64,000 nucleotides of DNA from Minutocellus sp. GHC0000111 (Eukaryota): positions 186,001-250,000 of the forward strand of contig OZ361256.1 in assembly GCA_977018835.1 (NCBI GenBank). Reading direction: 5' to 3'. The notes under the pieces were generated by a model, which saw only the letters and a list, made by a program, of their open reading frames with translations, was not told the DNA's origin and made no database searches. Positions 11,372-23,256 of the stretch are shown here, piece by piece. Both the position numbers and the translations under genes were made by a program. Each line of letters begins with the position of its first letter. Positions within the stretch are counted from its first letter, which is position 1.

Positions 11372-11920
11372 GGCTGATAGCGATAGCTAACGATGATGAG
11401 ATAATAACGGTGATGTCGATGTGATCTGATGCAATGTAGTGCGATGTCTTCAAGCAAATATCACAGGCACGCAAACGAAATGTTGAATCAGGCGATGGTG
11501 TTTTATTGTGTTATGAAAAATGCGTGCAGTGTGGATCGACCTCTCTCAGTCTGAAAGGGATCTCGGTCCGAATGGGAACATCGACGCACCAAGGGGATAT
11601 CCAGACTAATTTGTCCCTTTTTGCTATTTGTGCTGAGTCTTGCTTTATCAGGGCTTGCACCTTTTCACGGACGGATGGCCAGACGCTAATGCATGAATAC
11701 AGGCTCCGGCTTCTTTGTACTCTTATTGTGCCACGCATTTTCTTGGCATTTTTGGTGTCACCGCCTGACCAACGAAAACGATGTCAAATGCAAGTCAAAG
11801 CAGTTGCTCGAGGGCTCATGCCGAGAACACGAAGTGCCGATCAACGGCAGAACATTTCATATTGCCGATTCAAGAGTCGGCCATAAATTTGCAGCTTTCC
11901 CAAAGCACAAAACCAAGATC

Positions 11921-14156
11921 ATGACCCGTCGGCGGCGTCAACAACCTTCGTCGTCCCATCTGCTGCCAAGGACGGCAGCATTCTCACTACTTTCATCGGC
12001 AGCATTGTGCTGCCTCCTGCTAGAACCATTCGGACGACGAAGAACAACTGTCCACGCCTGGGTCATTCCCAAGTCTTTCGAGAATGTACTCCTTCCCAGT
12101 TCAACTCGAACTACCGGTGGTCAGCAAGAGGGTCTGCTATCGCCACCTTTGCACATATCGACGTCCGAGTCACTCATCATTGGCACAACTACTTCCGGCA
12201 GAGAAGGCGAAAATTCCGCCGCCAATCAAGAAGTTTCCACCGCCGCACAAGCGGTGTCTTTACCGCAAGACAAATTGCAGCAGATCGAAACTCCTCTCGA
12301 CCAGTGGCTGCAGGATATCATGACAACGACGGCGGCTACATTCGCCGGTATCATGTCGACGGCTACCGCTGACGAAGGAAAAGACATTGGAGCTCAGACA
12401 TCGGCCCAGATGCTGGACCAGCCGATACCGTCGGGTCAAAATCAAATTCCAGTCATCGATCGAATTGCCAAGGTAAGGAAGAGAAGCACATTCTAGTTTA
12501 AAAGGATCGTCGTCGTACACATCTCATAGGCGACATAACAATTCCTATCCCAATTTCTCGAATAATATGTGAAATGCTCACTTTATATTCCATCCCTTTC
12601 CCAATTGACCTCTACCAACAGGCCATGCACGAGGAATCTTTGCCTTGGCTCATTGCCTCCATCTTACCCCTCAGTGCGTCGGCAGCCCTTCAAGACATGT
12701 CGCCCGTGTTTTACTCTGCATCCTTCGAGCTTGCCTTCCTCACCTACTGCTCAGCCAAAGTTCTGCTTCGTTTCAACAAGCCTACCACACCTCAGCCCAT
12801 GCTGGCCTCTCGGCAGTGGGACTACGTTCGAGAATCGGTATGGTCGTCGCATCCCACTCTCGAGGCGCGCAGGACATTTTTAATGGGATGGTTCTACGAT
12901 GCACCCTTTGACCAGCTCCGTCGAGAAGATGCCTTGTCGTTCCTTTCCTGGAAGCGTTATGGTCTGCCATTCGAGGGCAACTACCTCTCCAGCGACCAGA
13001 TCGAGTCTCTAATCAACGAAGACCTGCCGAGACTATGCGACGAAGTCAACGAGGGCAAGCCTCTCCAATTTCGAGGCGTCGATGAAAAGCCTCTGGGATG
13101 TATGCGATTCAACCTTGAACCTCTACGGTACCGCCACAAACCACTTGTCTTTTACGGTGTGACACATGCGGCCTTTCATTTGGTTCGTCACACGCTCAAG
13201 AAGGAGTACGGCTTTGATTATACTCCGGCAGCGGATGGCAGCAAGGACATAGCATACTGGTATCGAGCACCGTCCTGTCCCATCGAGGAAGCCAACCCTC
13301 CTCTTGTATTCGTCCACGGGGTCGGTGGTCTCTCTTTTTATTACCCGCTCATATCTAAGCTCACCGAAGAGATCGAGAAGAGCGGCGACAATACGCCCAT
13401 TACTTTGCTGGACCTGCCGCAAGTTAGCTTGCGAATCAACGACGATATTCCTAGCATTGAATCATCCGTCGAGAGCGTGTGCGGCATACTCGATAAGACG
13501 GTTGGTAGTGATAAACAGGCTACCATGGTGGGACATTCTTTTGGTAGCCTCATCCTCAGTTGGATGGTCCAAAGCCGGCCCGATAGAGTCTCAAATTGCA
13601 TATTTTTGGACCCCATCGTTTTCCAGCTGCACCAAAAGGATATACTGTTCAACTTTCACATGAAACGGGTAGACGAACGAAGCAGAAATGATTGGAGCAA
13701 TCCCTTTTCGATTGGGGCATTGATCAATTAGCCGGTACCGAGCTACACACCAACAACGCAATGCTGAGACACTTTTGGTGGACTTCCAATGCACTCTGGC
13801 CGTCTGAGATTCAAAAGAATGACATTTCAGCTTGCGTTTTACTAAGCGAGAATGATGAGATTGTTCCTTCCTCTGATGTTGCCGAATTATTTGCCACTTA
13901 CAATCAGAACCAGAAGACCAACAACATCTTTGGATGGGACAATCTGATCGAAAATATATCCTCATTTGTTACCGATGAAGTCACTGAAACCAAGGGAACC
14001 AAATCCTTCGTCAAGGCCAAGCTTATAGAAAATGCTGGCCATGGCGATTTCGTTTTTGATGAAGAGAAGCAACTCGGGGTCATCAAAACGGTGAGAGCGA
14101 TGCTGAAGCTCAACGCAATCAAACATCAGCGAGAAAAGAAAGCTATGCAACCCTAA
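11921..14156 (+). pseudogene. Alpha/beta hydrolase (copy A), intron 12473-12621, 1-bp deletion frameshift near 13728
   Basis: FVHGVG, GHSFG nucleophile elbow, GHGDF. The GTAAGG...CAG intron keeps frame. ATCAATTAG here versus ATCAATCTAG in intact copy C. Confidence 0.8.
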
Positions 14157-14230
14157 AAAAGATACGATAGAATAGATCAATGCTCATAAGCTAAGCTGTA
14201 CATACTGGTAGATCTACATGTACGTGTAGA

Positions 14231-14361
14231 GTTGGGACCCCTTCTTCGAAAAAGGGAGCTCGGCGCCGGCTGGGGCTAAATCTGTCGCATGAACTCATAA
14301 CCCCTTGGCTCGGCCGGCTCGCGAGAATTCAAGATGCCCCATTTCTGGAAGGGCTCCCAAC
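14231..14361 (+). repeat. 131-bp imperfect inverted repeat / long hairpin
   Basis: GTTGGGACCCCTTC (14231-14244) pairs with GAAGGGCTCCCAAC (14348-14361), 13/14. Inner stem 14265-14274 / 14309-14318 has two G-U pairs. Confidence 0.55.
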
Positions 14362-14668
14362 AGCGAACGGGCTGGAGCGACCGTCCTGCCTCTCCCGTAT
14401 CTTCAGTGACATCTTGTGTCACCAACGCCAATACGTTGCCTCGCCAGGGATATTTCAACCTTTTGGTGCCGTCGGTATCCGTGTTTGGGCGCCGTGAAAC
14501 GTATATCTTCAAACAGCACACCACGTGCCGGTTCTCGTTTTTTCCAACGCTTGTTTCTCACCCCGGGCGTACCGTGTCAGTTCGTTCAATCACCGAGCCT
14601 CTTGGGTAGACGGGCCCAGGGAATACAACAGCAATCTATTCCTGAATTACTCTTGAAAGGTGTGCACT

Positions 14669-16684
14669 ATGTCAGGATCGAATCAAAACCTTGGCAGTCC
14701 GCAGCCGTATCTGGGCACCGACATGGGCAGCCCAAATCTTGCCGCTGGACATCACAATTCGCACCAGCATCACAATCAGGAGCAACAAGAAGTCGCGGTG
14801 CAGATGTACGCCCACCATGCAGCGGGAGGTGGGAATCTCCTCTACAATGATGCATACGGCGATGCGATTCATCCGCAAGACCCGCCTCCAGCTGGAACCG
14901 CCGGCGGAGTTCCTGGCATCATCAGTATGCACCCGACGCATCATCATCACCACGGACACCATCATGGTCATCATCACGGTAAGTCAAGCTGTTGATGTTC
15001 TCACTGATTTCTTTGTACGTAAGGTTGCTGTTATTGTTTCTAATGCAGATGCAATCTTTTCATTTGCTGCAATATATCTATGGTACAGGGCACCACCACG
15101 GGCACCACGGTCATCATCAACACCACCAGCATCAGGCGCATCAGCACCACGAACAAAATGCAGAAGCCCCTGCGTATGATTATGTATATCAAAGCCCAGG
15201 GGAAGTAGGAGGAGCAACAGAATTTATGGCACAGCATTCGCCAGCAGCAGCTGTTGCAGTAGCGCCCGGGGCTGCGGCTGTTCCAGGTGCGGTCGCTGCC
15301 GCTGCTACAGGCCTATCATTCAACACGGGTCAGAACCCTCACATCCCCCCGGTCATGCCACTGGATACGTTTGTTACTCATGCGCCGATTACCACGCCAA
15401 TCGCAATGCCTCATCCCGACGAAGGCAAGAAACGGAAACGATTCACCAATGAAGAGAAGGAGGCCGTCAAAAAGGGTGTTGAACAGTATGGTCCCGGTGA
15501 TTGGAAGTCCATCAAGAATCATTATGTTGGCATTCTTCACCATCGGACCCCGGTTCAAATCAAGGACTGCTTCCGAACGATGGTAAAGCGGGGCGAAGTT
15601 CCAGAGAATTGGGGGCAAGAGGCCAAGGAAGCTCGAAAGGCCGCTAGGAAGGCCGGAAAGCTATTTGGATTTTACAATCCCCCTCCGGAATCCGCCGCCG
15701 GCAAGACGGATAATGATACCAATCCGACCACGGCAGGAGCATCACATTCTTCGTTGGGAAAGACCCCAAAGAGGCGCAAATTTTCGAAGGAAGAAGCAAG
15801 CTCTGATGGACGGCATCGAGAAACTGGGCGTAGGAAATTGGAAAATGATAAAGGAGGAGTACTCAGACATCTTTGTCGACCGCACCGGTCTTCAGCTAAA
15901 GGACCTGTATCGAACCATGGTCCGTCTTGGTCAAATGCCCAAAATCGAAGAGTCCGAAGAATCCAAAGCAGAGAGGAAGAAAAGATGTGCCCAGGCAGCT
16001 CGAGATGCCAAGGCGAAGAAGAAGACAATGCTGGATAAACATTTCACTACCAACGCCCGTTCGGCCGAAGCCGCCGCCAAGGCTAGGAAGCAGAAGGCCG
16101 AATGTGCTGCTGAAGCCCAGGCTGTCGAGCATAATAATACGGCGCAAGCATATGCCCAGCAGATGTGGATGAATCCTCACCAACAGCCTCCTGTTCATCC
16201 TGCTGGCTATCCTCAACAGCATCAGAATTGTGCCTACGGAGGATACTACAACTTCGACCAGGGCGCCTACAATCCTGCCGCGTATGCTGGATACCAAGCC
16301 GCCCAACAGCCTCAGCAGCCGCAGCAAGAACAAAATGCTCAGCAGGAAGTTGAGGCAAGCTACTACCACTGGACTGTGCTCTGGCCGAAACTTGCTGAGC
16401 GTGGATGGACCAAGCTTCGGGCCAATTCTCAGCAAAGAAACGATCTTCAAGTGGAGTACATTTTTGTTTTGCCCGGGCACAACCCTCGTCATGGAGTCCA
16501 CGGTACCGACTTTTTTGCCTCGGAAGATGAAGTGGTGGATTATGTCAAGCGAGAACATGATAAGCAGCGTGCCGAGAATGAGCGCGCCGAAAACGAAACC
16601 GCTGTTTCAGGTACCGACGCCCTCGCGGAGGCAGACGAAGATCCCGTTGAGGGAACAGGCGTTGAGGAATCACTTGAGATATAA
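14669..16684 (+). pseudogene. His-rich protein with two TRF/telobox-like Myb domains (copy A), intron 14979-15088, 2-bp deletion near 15793
   Basis: KRKRFTNEEKEAVKKGVEQYGPGDW...RTPVQIKDCFRTM plus a second repeat. GAAGAAGC here versus GAAGAGAAGC in copies B and C. Confidence 0.8.
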
Positions 16685-16757
16685 TAGTGCCGTTGCCAGC
16701 AATAGCTATCTAACCTGTTGATAAATACGTAGACAAATGTTTTATATCAAGGCTGAA

Positions 16758-17513
16758 TCATTTATGAAGCTGCATGTACAAATCCTCGTACTCTGGTGGT
16801 ATGTCTGACCTTAGCATCATGCGCACTCGTCGGTCATTTCGCGAAGCCTTTTCCGCCTCTTGCTTCTTTCTCTTCTTGCGTTCCGCTTTCGTTTCACCGC
16901 TCGGACCAGCTTCAGCTTGAGGAGTATGATTCCGACCCGCCGCTGCCTCGATGTCATGGTGCTTATGCGTGATTCTCGCCTCGGCCGATCCTTGTGCAGA
17001 ACGCTTCCCTCTTTTTGTAGAACTCGACCCCAACCCACGCTTATCCATTTTCAGTGTTGTTTTGACAGGTAGCATCTCTCCCTGGCGTGATCGACCCAAA
17101 CCTCCACTCTCTTCCGACCAACCCATGGCACTGAGCATGGTATACCCCTTGTTGGACTTATCGAGTGATAACGATGTTTGATTTGCAGGTGGGTTTGCGA
17201 AGGCTCGATGCAAGGTATGGGCCATCTCCGACTTTAATGCATCTGATTTCTTATCACTGCAACAATTTGCTTTGATTTCCTCCTTCTCCGCATCAACAAT
17301 TGGCAGAGAAGCCGTGGAAGTCTCCGACTGATTGTTGTTCTGATTGGCAGACTCGAATTTTGCCCTGGGTTGCGGCAATATTCTCCTTCTCTTTCGAGGT
17401 TTCACTCCAACAACAGACGCAAAAAAATCTGATGCAGGCTCATCTTCGATAATTGCCGCTCTGGAGGGGAAATCGTCCTGTCCAGAACCGCCATTGTCAT
17501 GCCCCCGCTCCAT
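16758..17513 (-). CDS. G-patch domain protein
   Basis: SNKGYTMLSAMGWSEESGGLGRSRQGEMLPV...KRGLG. Confidence 0.9.
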   Translation of the reverse strand: MERGHDNGGSGQDDFPSRAAIIEDEPASDFFASVVGVKPRKRRRILPQPRAKFESANQNNNQSETSTASLPIVDAEKEEIKANCCSDKKSDALKSEMAHTLHRAFANPPANQTSLSLDKSNKGYTMLSAMGWSEESGGLGRSRQGEMLPVKTTLKMDKRGLGSSSTKRGKRSAQGSAEARITHKHHDIEAAAGRNHTPQAEAGPSGETKAERKKRKKQEAEKASRNDRRVRMMLRSDIPPEYEDLYMQLHK

Positions 17514-17829
17514 TGCTTCGCATTAGAGATTGTCTTGTGTTGTTCGAAACGCAAGGTGCCAGCGTCCCCAAATAATATGCTCCAACGATGCCGAATCGTT
17601 GGTCAGCATGAGTTGCCTTGTTCTGCGCTGGCCATTGCATTTTGCATTGAGCGAGATCGAGAAGCGAAGGGTTCTGTCGTTCTGTCCGTCGCCAACCGGC
17701 AGCCGCCTCCGAGAGGGGCTTCAGGAAGATTGCAAGATGGCCCTGACTTGCTCAATGCTACAGTACAGCAACGAAACAAAGACGCGAGAAGCTACGTAAC
17801 AGTCGCTCAGATCACATCCAGCAAGGACC

Positions 17830-19341
17830 ATGAGCACGTCTCCTTGCCGTGATGGCACCGGGGGTTCTTCCGAGCCTGCTCTAAAGCGCGCACGTCATGA
17901 GAGAGATGACAGTAATTCCGAAGAACCTCTACGGAGTTCCGATCGTTTCTCCAATCTGCCACCGGATGCACTGACGTTGGTGCTCAAATATGCCCGACCT
18001 TGTGATGATATCCACCACTTTGAATTTTCCTGGTCAATGGGGAAGATATGCAAGACATTGCGCGAGCACGGTATCTTGGACGTGCTGCCCGCTGCACCAT
18101 TTCATCTCGACGACTTCGAGGAGTACACACCGCTCGCCGGAAACGATGCGCAGCCTTTCGACTGTCGGGCGGGGCTTCTACAGGCGCTTGTGGATGATTC
18201 GACAAAGTGTGCATTGATATCCGAGCTAAATATCAGCCGGGCAAGTATCGAAAAGCACGATGGAAGGGTCGACAGCGGTATCGTAAAAATTCTCGGTTCT
18301 CTGCTGACACGAAAAGGTGTCTTCATCAACGCAGGGGGATTGCACATCGATCTCACCCCGGCCGATGGGGAGTCTGAAGAAATTTGTTCCACGACTAATA
18401 TCCCATTGCTGACAAAAAAAATACTAAGGCAAATGCCAAAGGCCTTTCCGGTTGTGACCGATGTTACATTTGGTCACTGCTTTTGTCCTGAAGCCCTGAT
18501 GGCAAAGAAAGTCTTTGAAAATTTCTTCGGATCGCTCCAGCTTCCGCTGCAAAGCATTGATCTGAAACGCAACCCATTTTTACACGAGCGGCACATTGTC
18601 AAAATTCTCCCACTCATAGGCAGCTCACTACGACGCATTGAGATCAATGGCGCTGAAAACGAGAGTGTGAAAATGGTGGTTGGCCAGGATGACGAATATT
18701 CTCTCTTTTCGGCGATTGGGGAAAATTGCAAGCGGTTGAAATCATTGGCGCTTTGTGGGATGCATTTCTATTCGACGGACGTATATCTTCGAACTACCTT
18801 TGATAGCATTCCTGGTCTCAATGAACTTATCTTGAAGGGAAACGATTACCACGTGTATGACCCAAGGGTGGCGGCCAATGACTACATTTCGGGAGAAGAA
18901 GCCGAACCGTATCTGGCCGCATTTTTTCATCATCGGGGGACGCATCTAGAAACTTTGAAATGTGACTTCTCTGATGTTTCCAGTGCCTGCAATGCTCTGA
19001 GAAACCTCATCGCGTTGCAGCGTCGAAATTCATCGAGATCAGAAACGGAAGGCGCTCCTGAATCAATTAAGCTTCGAACTGTTGATATCCAAAACCTTGA
19101 AGTTTCTACAATTGCGATTGCAATAGGATCCGGCGTGAAAGACTTTGTAATGTACGAGGAAACGATGCTGAGTGCAAGGTCAAAAATTGAGGCAATCGCC
19201 TTCGCAGTCTCTGTGGGATCCCTACTGTCCGCAGCAACACACGAGATGGTCTTTTTTCATTTTTGCAAGTTACCAGGAATCTTTTATACAATGAAATTTG
19301 ATGACGGTAAAATTATCGTCGAGGTAAGAAAAGCGACATGA
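17830..19341 (+). CDS. F-box / RNI-like LRR protein
   Basis: FSNLPPDALTLVLKY F-box-like start; degenerate LRRs (LQSIDL, LRRIEI, LKSLAL, LNELIL). Confidence 0.65.
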   Translation: MSTSPCRDGTGGSSEPALKRARHERDDSNSEEPLRSSDRFSNLPPDALTLVLKYARPCDDIHHFEFSWSMGKICKTLREHGILDVLPAAPFHLDDFEEYTPLAGNDAQPFDCRAGLLQALVDDSTKCALISELNISRASIEKHDGRVDSGIVKILGSLLTRKGVFINAGGLHIDLTPADGESEEICSTTNIPLLTKKILRQMPKAFPVVTDVTFGHCFCPEALMAKKVFENFFGSLQLPLQSIDLKRNPFLHERHIVKILPLIGSSLRRIEINGAENESVKMVVGQDDEYSLFSAIGENCKRLKSLALCGMHFYSTDVYLRTTFDSIPGLNELILKGNDYHVYDPRVAANDYISGEEAEPYLAAFFHHRGTHLETLKCDFSDVSSACNALRNLIALQRRNSSRSETEGAPESIKLRTVDIQNLEVSTIAIAIGSGVKDFVMYEETMLSARSKIEAIAFAVSVGSLLSAATHEMVFFHFCKLPGIFYTMKFDDGKIIVEVRKAT

Positions 19342-19509
19342 GGAGGCTTAAAATATAGACTCCAGGTAATTTAATCTAATAACTGCTGAAGTTTACACTA
19401 CATCGATGCAAACTCTAGCTAGCCAGCCACGACTCTTTGCATGTATGTCACATTCCGGTTTTACTTTCATGGATAACAACCAAGCTGAACTGTTGAAATG
19501 AACTTGCGT

Positions 19510-20156
19510 TTACCAAAACTTGAATCCACCACCCCCTTTCTCTTTCTTTTGTCGCTCCTTCTCCAAATCCGCTGGGTCGACCCAACCGCTCTCGAAATAC
19601 GGCATACTCGTCTGCTTACTCTTGCCTTCCTCATCTACCAAGTTGTTGGCCTCGAGGCTAAACATCAAATTGCCAGTGTCCTCGTCAACGCCCTCAAAGT
19701 CACCAAGGAACGGACTTCCCATACCAGCCGTGATCAGTTGCGCCAAGCCCGAAAGTCCAATCTTCTTTTCTTCGGGATTCTCACCCCGTCCCTCATCGGG
19801 CTGGTTCGCCGTGGGGTCCATCCATTTTGGAATACCTGCAGAAAATAGACGAAATCAGATGAATGATAAGATTAATGAAACATGACATTCGGAGCGGGGA
19901 ACTGTGGCAAGCTCATTCTTGCAACTGGTGCAATCTCATAAATGCATCGTTCGTGTTCTCCAGCATTTCTTTTTTTCTGTCAGGTCAGGTATGATCAATT
20001 CGAAGCACGTCCATGCGCGCTGTGCCTCTGCGATCACTTACCAAAATTGAGTGCTGTAGTAGATCGCGAACGCACTTGGGGGGCAAATGCGGAAGCAGGG
20101 CCGGAGGCACATGCTGCAGCGGCAACGACGGCGGCAGGAACGAGCGACGACTTCAT
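19510..20156 (-). CDS. Plastid-targeted protein of unknown function; exons 20156-20042 and 19835-19510
   Basis: MKSSLVPAAVVAAAACASGPASAFAP (exact ASAFAP). GTAAGT...CTGCAG intron 20041-19836 joins in frame (LNFGIPKWMDP). Confidence 0.85.
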
Positions 20157-20341
20157 CTTGACCAAAGCGAAATGAAGAAGACGTGGCCGAAACTTTTGAG
20201 GCGCGACAGTTTTTGCGCGGTATGCGGACAAACCGCCGAGATGATGACGTGTCAGCAAAACGGGATTAGGTACCATGCTTCTCTCGTGCTCTTTTTCGTA
20301 CCTAGGTATCGGCCAGCCGCATGCATAATCAACCGGGCAAG

Positions 20342-20957
20342 ATGAACAAGCTCCTTTCCCTCCTCCTTCTGGCCCTTGCTGTCGTCTCGACGCAGGGCTT
20401 CGCCGTCTCGAGCGGCATCCCCGTCATGGGCGGCGCTGTTGGTGGTACGTTGTTCTGTAGATGTGCCGGGTTTTCAAGGTGGAGATACCGATGGACCTAA
20501 TCCCGTTTTTTGTTACCGTGAGAGTATGAAGGAACGGCAAGGAGGTCAGGCGTGGGCGCTGTCTTCTTTGAAGTCAAAGATTAAGGGAGATGATCAATTT
20601 AATCAATTTTGACTCATTTTCTCACAAGTGTATGCTCTTCGTTCCTTCTCTCGAACAGGCTCGAATTTCGTCGTCTCCCAGCACCGATCGGCGGCACCCA
20701 TCACCCAGGCGCAGAACATGCGCAAGGGTGACATGCGCATGGGCAAGATGGCCAAGTTCGGCGTCTTCTCTCCCGCCGTCTATGCTGCCAAGATTGTCCT
20801 CGGCGAGGACAAGCTCAACAAGATCCGCGGCAAGGCCATCAGTCTCCACTCTCAGTACATTGGTGATTTCTGCACCTGGGCCGGTGCCTACCACCTCCGC
20901 ACTCGTCTCATCAAGAAGGCCAAGACCAACGGTGACATCCTTGGCTTCCTTGTGTAA
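20342..20957 (+). CDS. PGR5: Proton gradient regulation 5; exons 20342-20444 and 20659-20957
   Basis: GVFSPAV...LNKIRGKAISLHSQYIGDFC...LIKKAKTNGDILGFLV. Signal MNKLLSLLLLALAVVSTQG-FAV in an exon absent from the ORF track. Confidence 0.93.
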
Positions 20958-21148
20958 GAGCAGTGATGCATTGATGGGATATTGACCACTATGGCGCGGC
21001 GTTGGTTGTTTGGCCGAGATTACATCGTCGGTACTGCTACTCGTTTTTTTTCAAATATGAAGAAAACAGACAACCTGTACGGTAATCAGAAACTATGATA
21101 ATAGATATGATGCATATGAAAATATTGCGCGTTATGCTTCGTTTATGC

Positions 21149-22129
21149 TTATGCTCTCACGGCAAAATACGTTTCAGCGTCAGCCCAAAGCTTCTTTTCG
21201 GCCTTCTTCTGGCTCGTGCGAAGGCCAATGGCTCTCTTCATACCCTTCGTCATACCTTCCAGCCGTTCCTCCACTGGTCGATGATGAAGTCGTTGCAAGG
21301 TCTTCGCTCGTTTCCGCTTGGCCTCCTCCACGACCGACATGCATTCTTCGATCTCTTCATGAGTAATTCCACTTGCTCTTAGTCGTCGAGTTCGTTCAGT
21401 GGAAGATAAGGTCATCTCTCGGAAAGGTCCTTTGCTTCGGTGTTCCTCGGCACGCATCGTTTCATATTCATTTATTTTCATATCCTTTATGGAATCTTCA
21501 TATTTCCAACCAAAGGTTACCGCTGGGCCCAAGCTGACGCTAGGATGGACTCCAACGTCCAAATTGTACTCTCGGGTCGACACACTGTCAAAACGAACAC
21601 TTGCACAGGGGTGATCACCAGACATCTCAACATTCTTTGGCTTTGACTTCTGGCGACCCGAGCTTCTGAGGTGAAAATAGGACGAAATCATATTGAATAT
21701 CCCTAAACCATAATCGGATGAGGAGGTATCGATCTTATTTGTGGTTTCGTTCCCTTTTGCCTTGTTCGTTTGAACAGATGTCGGGCTTCCGATCGATCTT
21801 GGACTCAGGCTTCTCATGCTAGCTGAAATCGATCGGAATGATGCCACTGCCATTTGACGGGGGCTTCGGATGATGCTGCGACTTGATCCATATAACTGAC
21901 CAATCCATTCTTCTTGAGTTTGAAGTTTCAGACAGCTTCGAAGCAACGGCGCTGGAGGTTCTGATCTGCATCGTCGATGCTGATTGTAGCCAAAAGAATT
22001 GCTGCCGCTGATACTACGAACGAACCCTGCATCTTGTGGCAAGTCTCCCGACACTGATGGTGGGAGGGCGGCCGTATCTGAAGAGCTACTGCCACTTCTT
22101 GTTATTACAAGTGATGCAATCGAAAACAT
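21149..22129 (-). CDS. Diatom-type hypothetical protein (VRF..V.xREY...G.xPSVS.GP...GW.Y motif family)
   Basis: 326-aa ORF with SVRFDSVSTREYNLDVGVHPSVSLGPAVTFGWKY. Confidence 0.7.
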   Translation of the reverse strand: MFSIASLVITRSGSSSSDTAALPPSVSGDLPQDAGFVRSISGSNSFGYNQHRRCRSEPPAPLLRSCLKLQTQEEWIGQLYGSSRSIIRSPRQMAVASFRSISASMRSLSPRSIGSPTSVQTNKAKGNETTNKIDTSSSDYGLGIFNMISSYFHLRSSGRQKSKPKNVEMSGDHPCASVRFDSVSTREYNLDVGVHPSVSLGPAVTFGWKYEDSIKDMKINEYETMRAEEHRSKGPFREMTLSSTERTRRLRASGITHEEIEECMSVVEEAKRKRAKTLQRLHHRPVEERLEGMTKGMKRAIGLRTSQKKAEKKLWADAETYFAVRA

Positions 22130-22398
22130 ATTTAGGAATTCCTATGTTATCTTCTCGCGGTGGATACGCAAATTCTTGTCATGCTGGTCGCTCAGCTGTT
22201 CGCTAAAAATGACGAGAACGTTTTATTACCAGAACCACTAGCTCTGTAAATTAAAAGCACTAATTCTTTCACTTGTGCTTCAAGTGTCACGACGGCGTCC
22301 ATGCATTTTTGGCAGGAAAGTGAGGCCGAACTAAAGTCGGAACTTCGTGAACACCAACCGGAATTAGAGGCGAGAAGGGAGAAACTCATGCAAGAACC

Positions 22399-23022
22399 AT
22401 GAAGACAACGGGTGCTGCGCATTGTGCTATTGTACTGGTTGTTCTGGCCGTTTGCTCTGCTGGGTCGACGACGCAATCTTCCTCATTTTCTTCGGCGCTT
22501 GGTGAAAAGAGAAGCGACTCTACAAATGCTGCTTCCGACTCGTCCACCAAAAACGAGACTGGGGCATGCGGCATAGCCTGCGATATCGAAGGAGAGAGCG
22601 ACATGTCTGATATAGGTCGTATATCAAAATCTGTGAACGATGAATATCAGGAGCTGGTCGAATCTGTCAACTAGCGATTTCACGATTCGCAGCAAGCACC
22701 ACCATGCCAGGCTGAGTGCAACTACTATGGTCAGCTGTACTGCTCCGACGAGTCGTTCCGCCACATCGATCAGTGCAACACCTGTACTTGTCGAAAGGGT
22801 GGGAAGGTATCTTGCACTGTTCGCTACTGCAACGGTCCTTGTGACGGTCCGACGTGCGTGTACGGTATGGAGGGCAACACTACATCATATTGCACTGGTG
22901 AAAGTTGGCAGGCGAAAGATGGCATTAACCTGTGCGTATGCGATGCAGATGGTATTGTTCATTGCACGGAAGAAACGGCATCAGAGCCACAACGAGTTAT
23001 GCTCAGATTGGTCGGGTCTTGA
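22399..23022 (+). CDS. Secreted pacifastin/VWC-like Cys-rich protein; in-frame TAG at 22672-22674 (short intron or nonsense)
   Basis: Signal peptide. The same frame after the TAG reads ECNYYGQLYCSDESFRHIDQCNTCTCRKGGKVSCTVRYC...YCTGESWQAKDGINLCVCDADGIVHCT. Confidence 0.7.
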
Positions 23023-23226
23023 TTCAGGAACATTGTAGGACCTGCACACAAGCACACATACTGATAAAATGATTATGAGCTCGTTCGAGGATATGAATCG
23101 ACACGGGGCGTGGTTGTAATTGCACAAACAAATACCACGATGAGCTCTTGTATATTGAATAAGCTATAATACTGTATAAAATACTACAGAGTAATTCATG
23201 AGCTAGATGTTCAATTAAACGTATAA

Positions 23227-23248
23227 ACTCTCTCTCTCTCTCTCTCTC
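23227..23248. repeat. (CT)n microsatellite just 3' of the PsbQ-like gene
   Basis: ctctctctctctctctctctct. Confidence 0.9.
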
Positions 23249-23256
23249 TTACCCCG

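Noticed and set aside
14231..14465. RNase MRP, SRP or telomerase RNA identity for the hairpin region
   Set aside because: Only partial motif resemblance (AAATGGGGC on the minus strand); required partner motifs and template are absent
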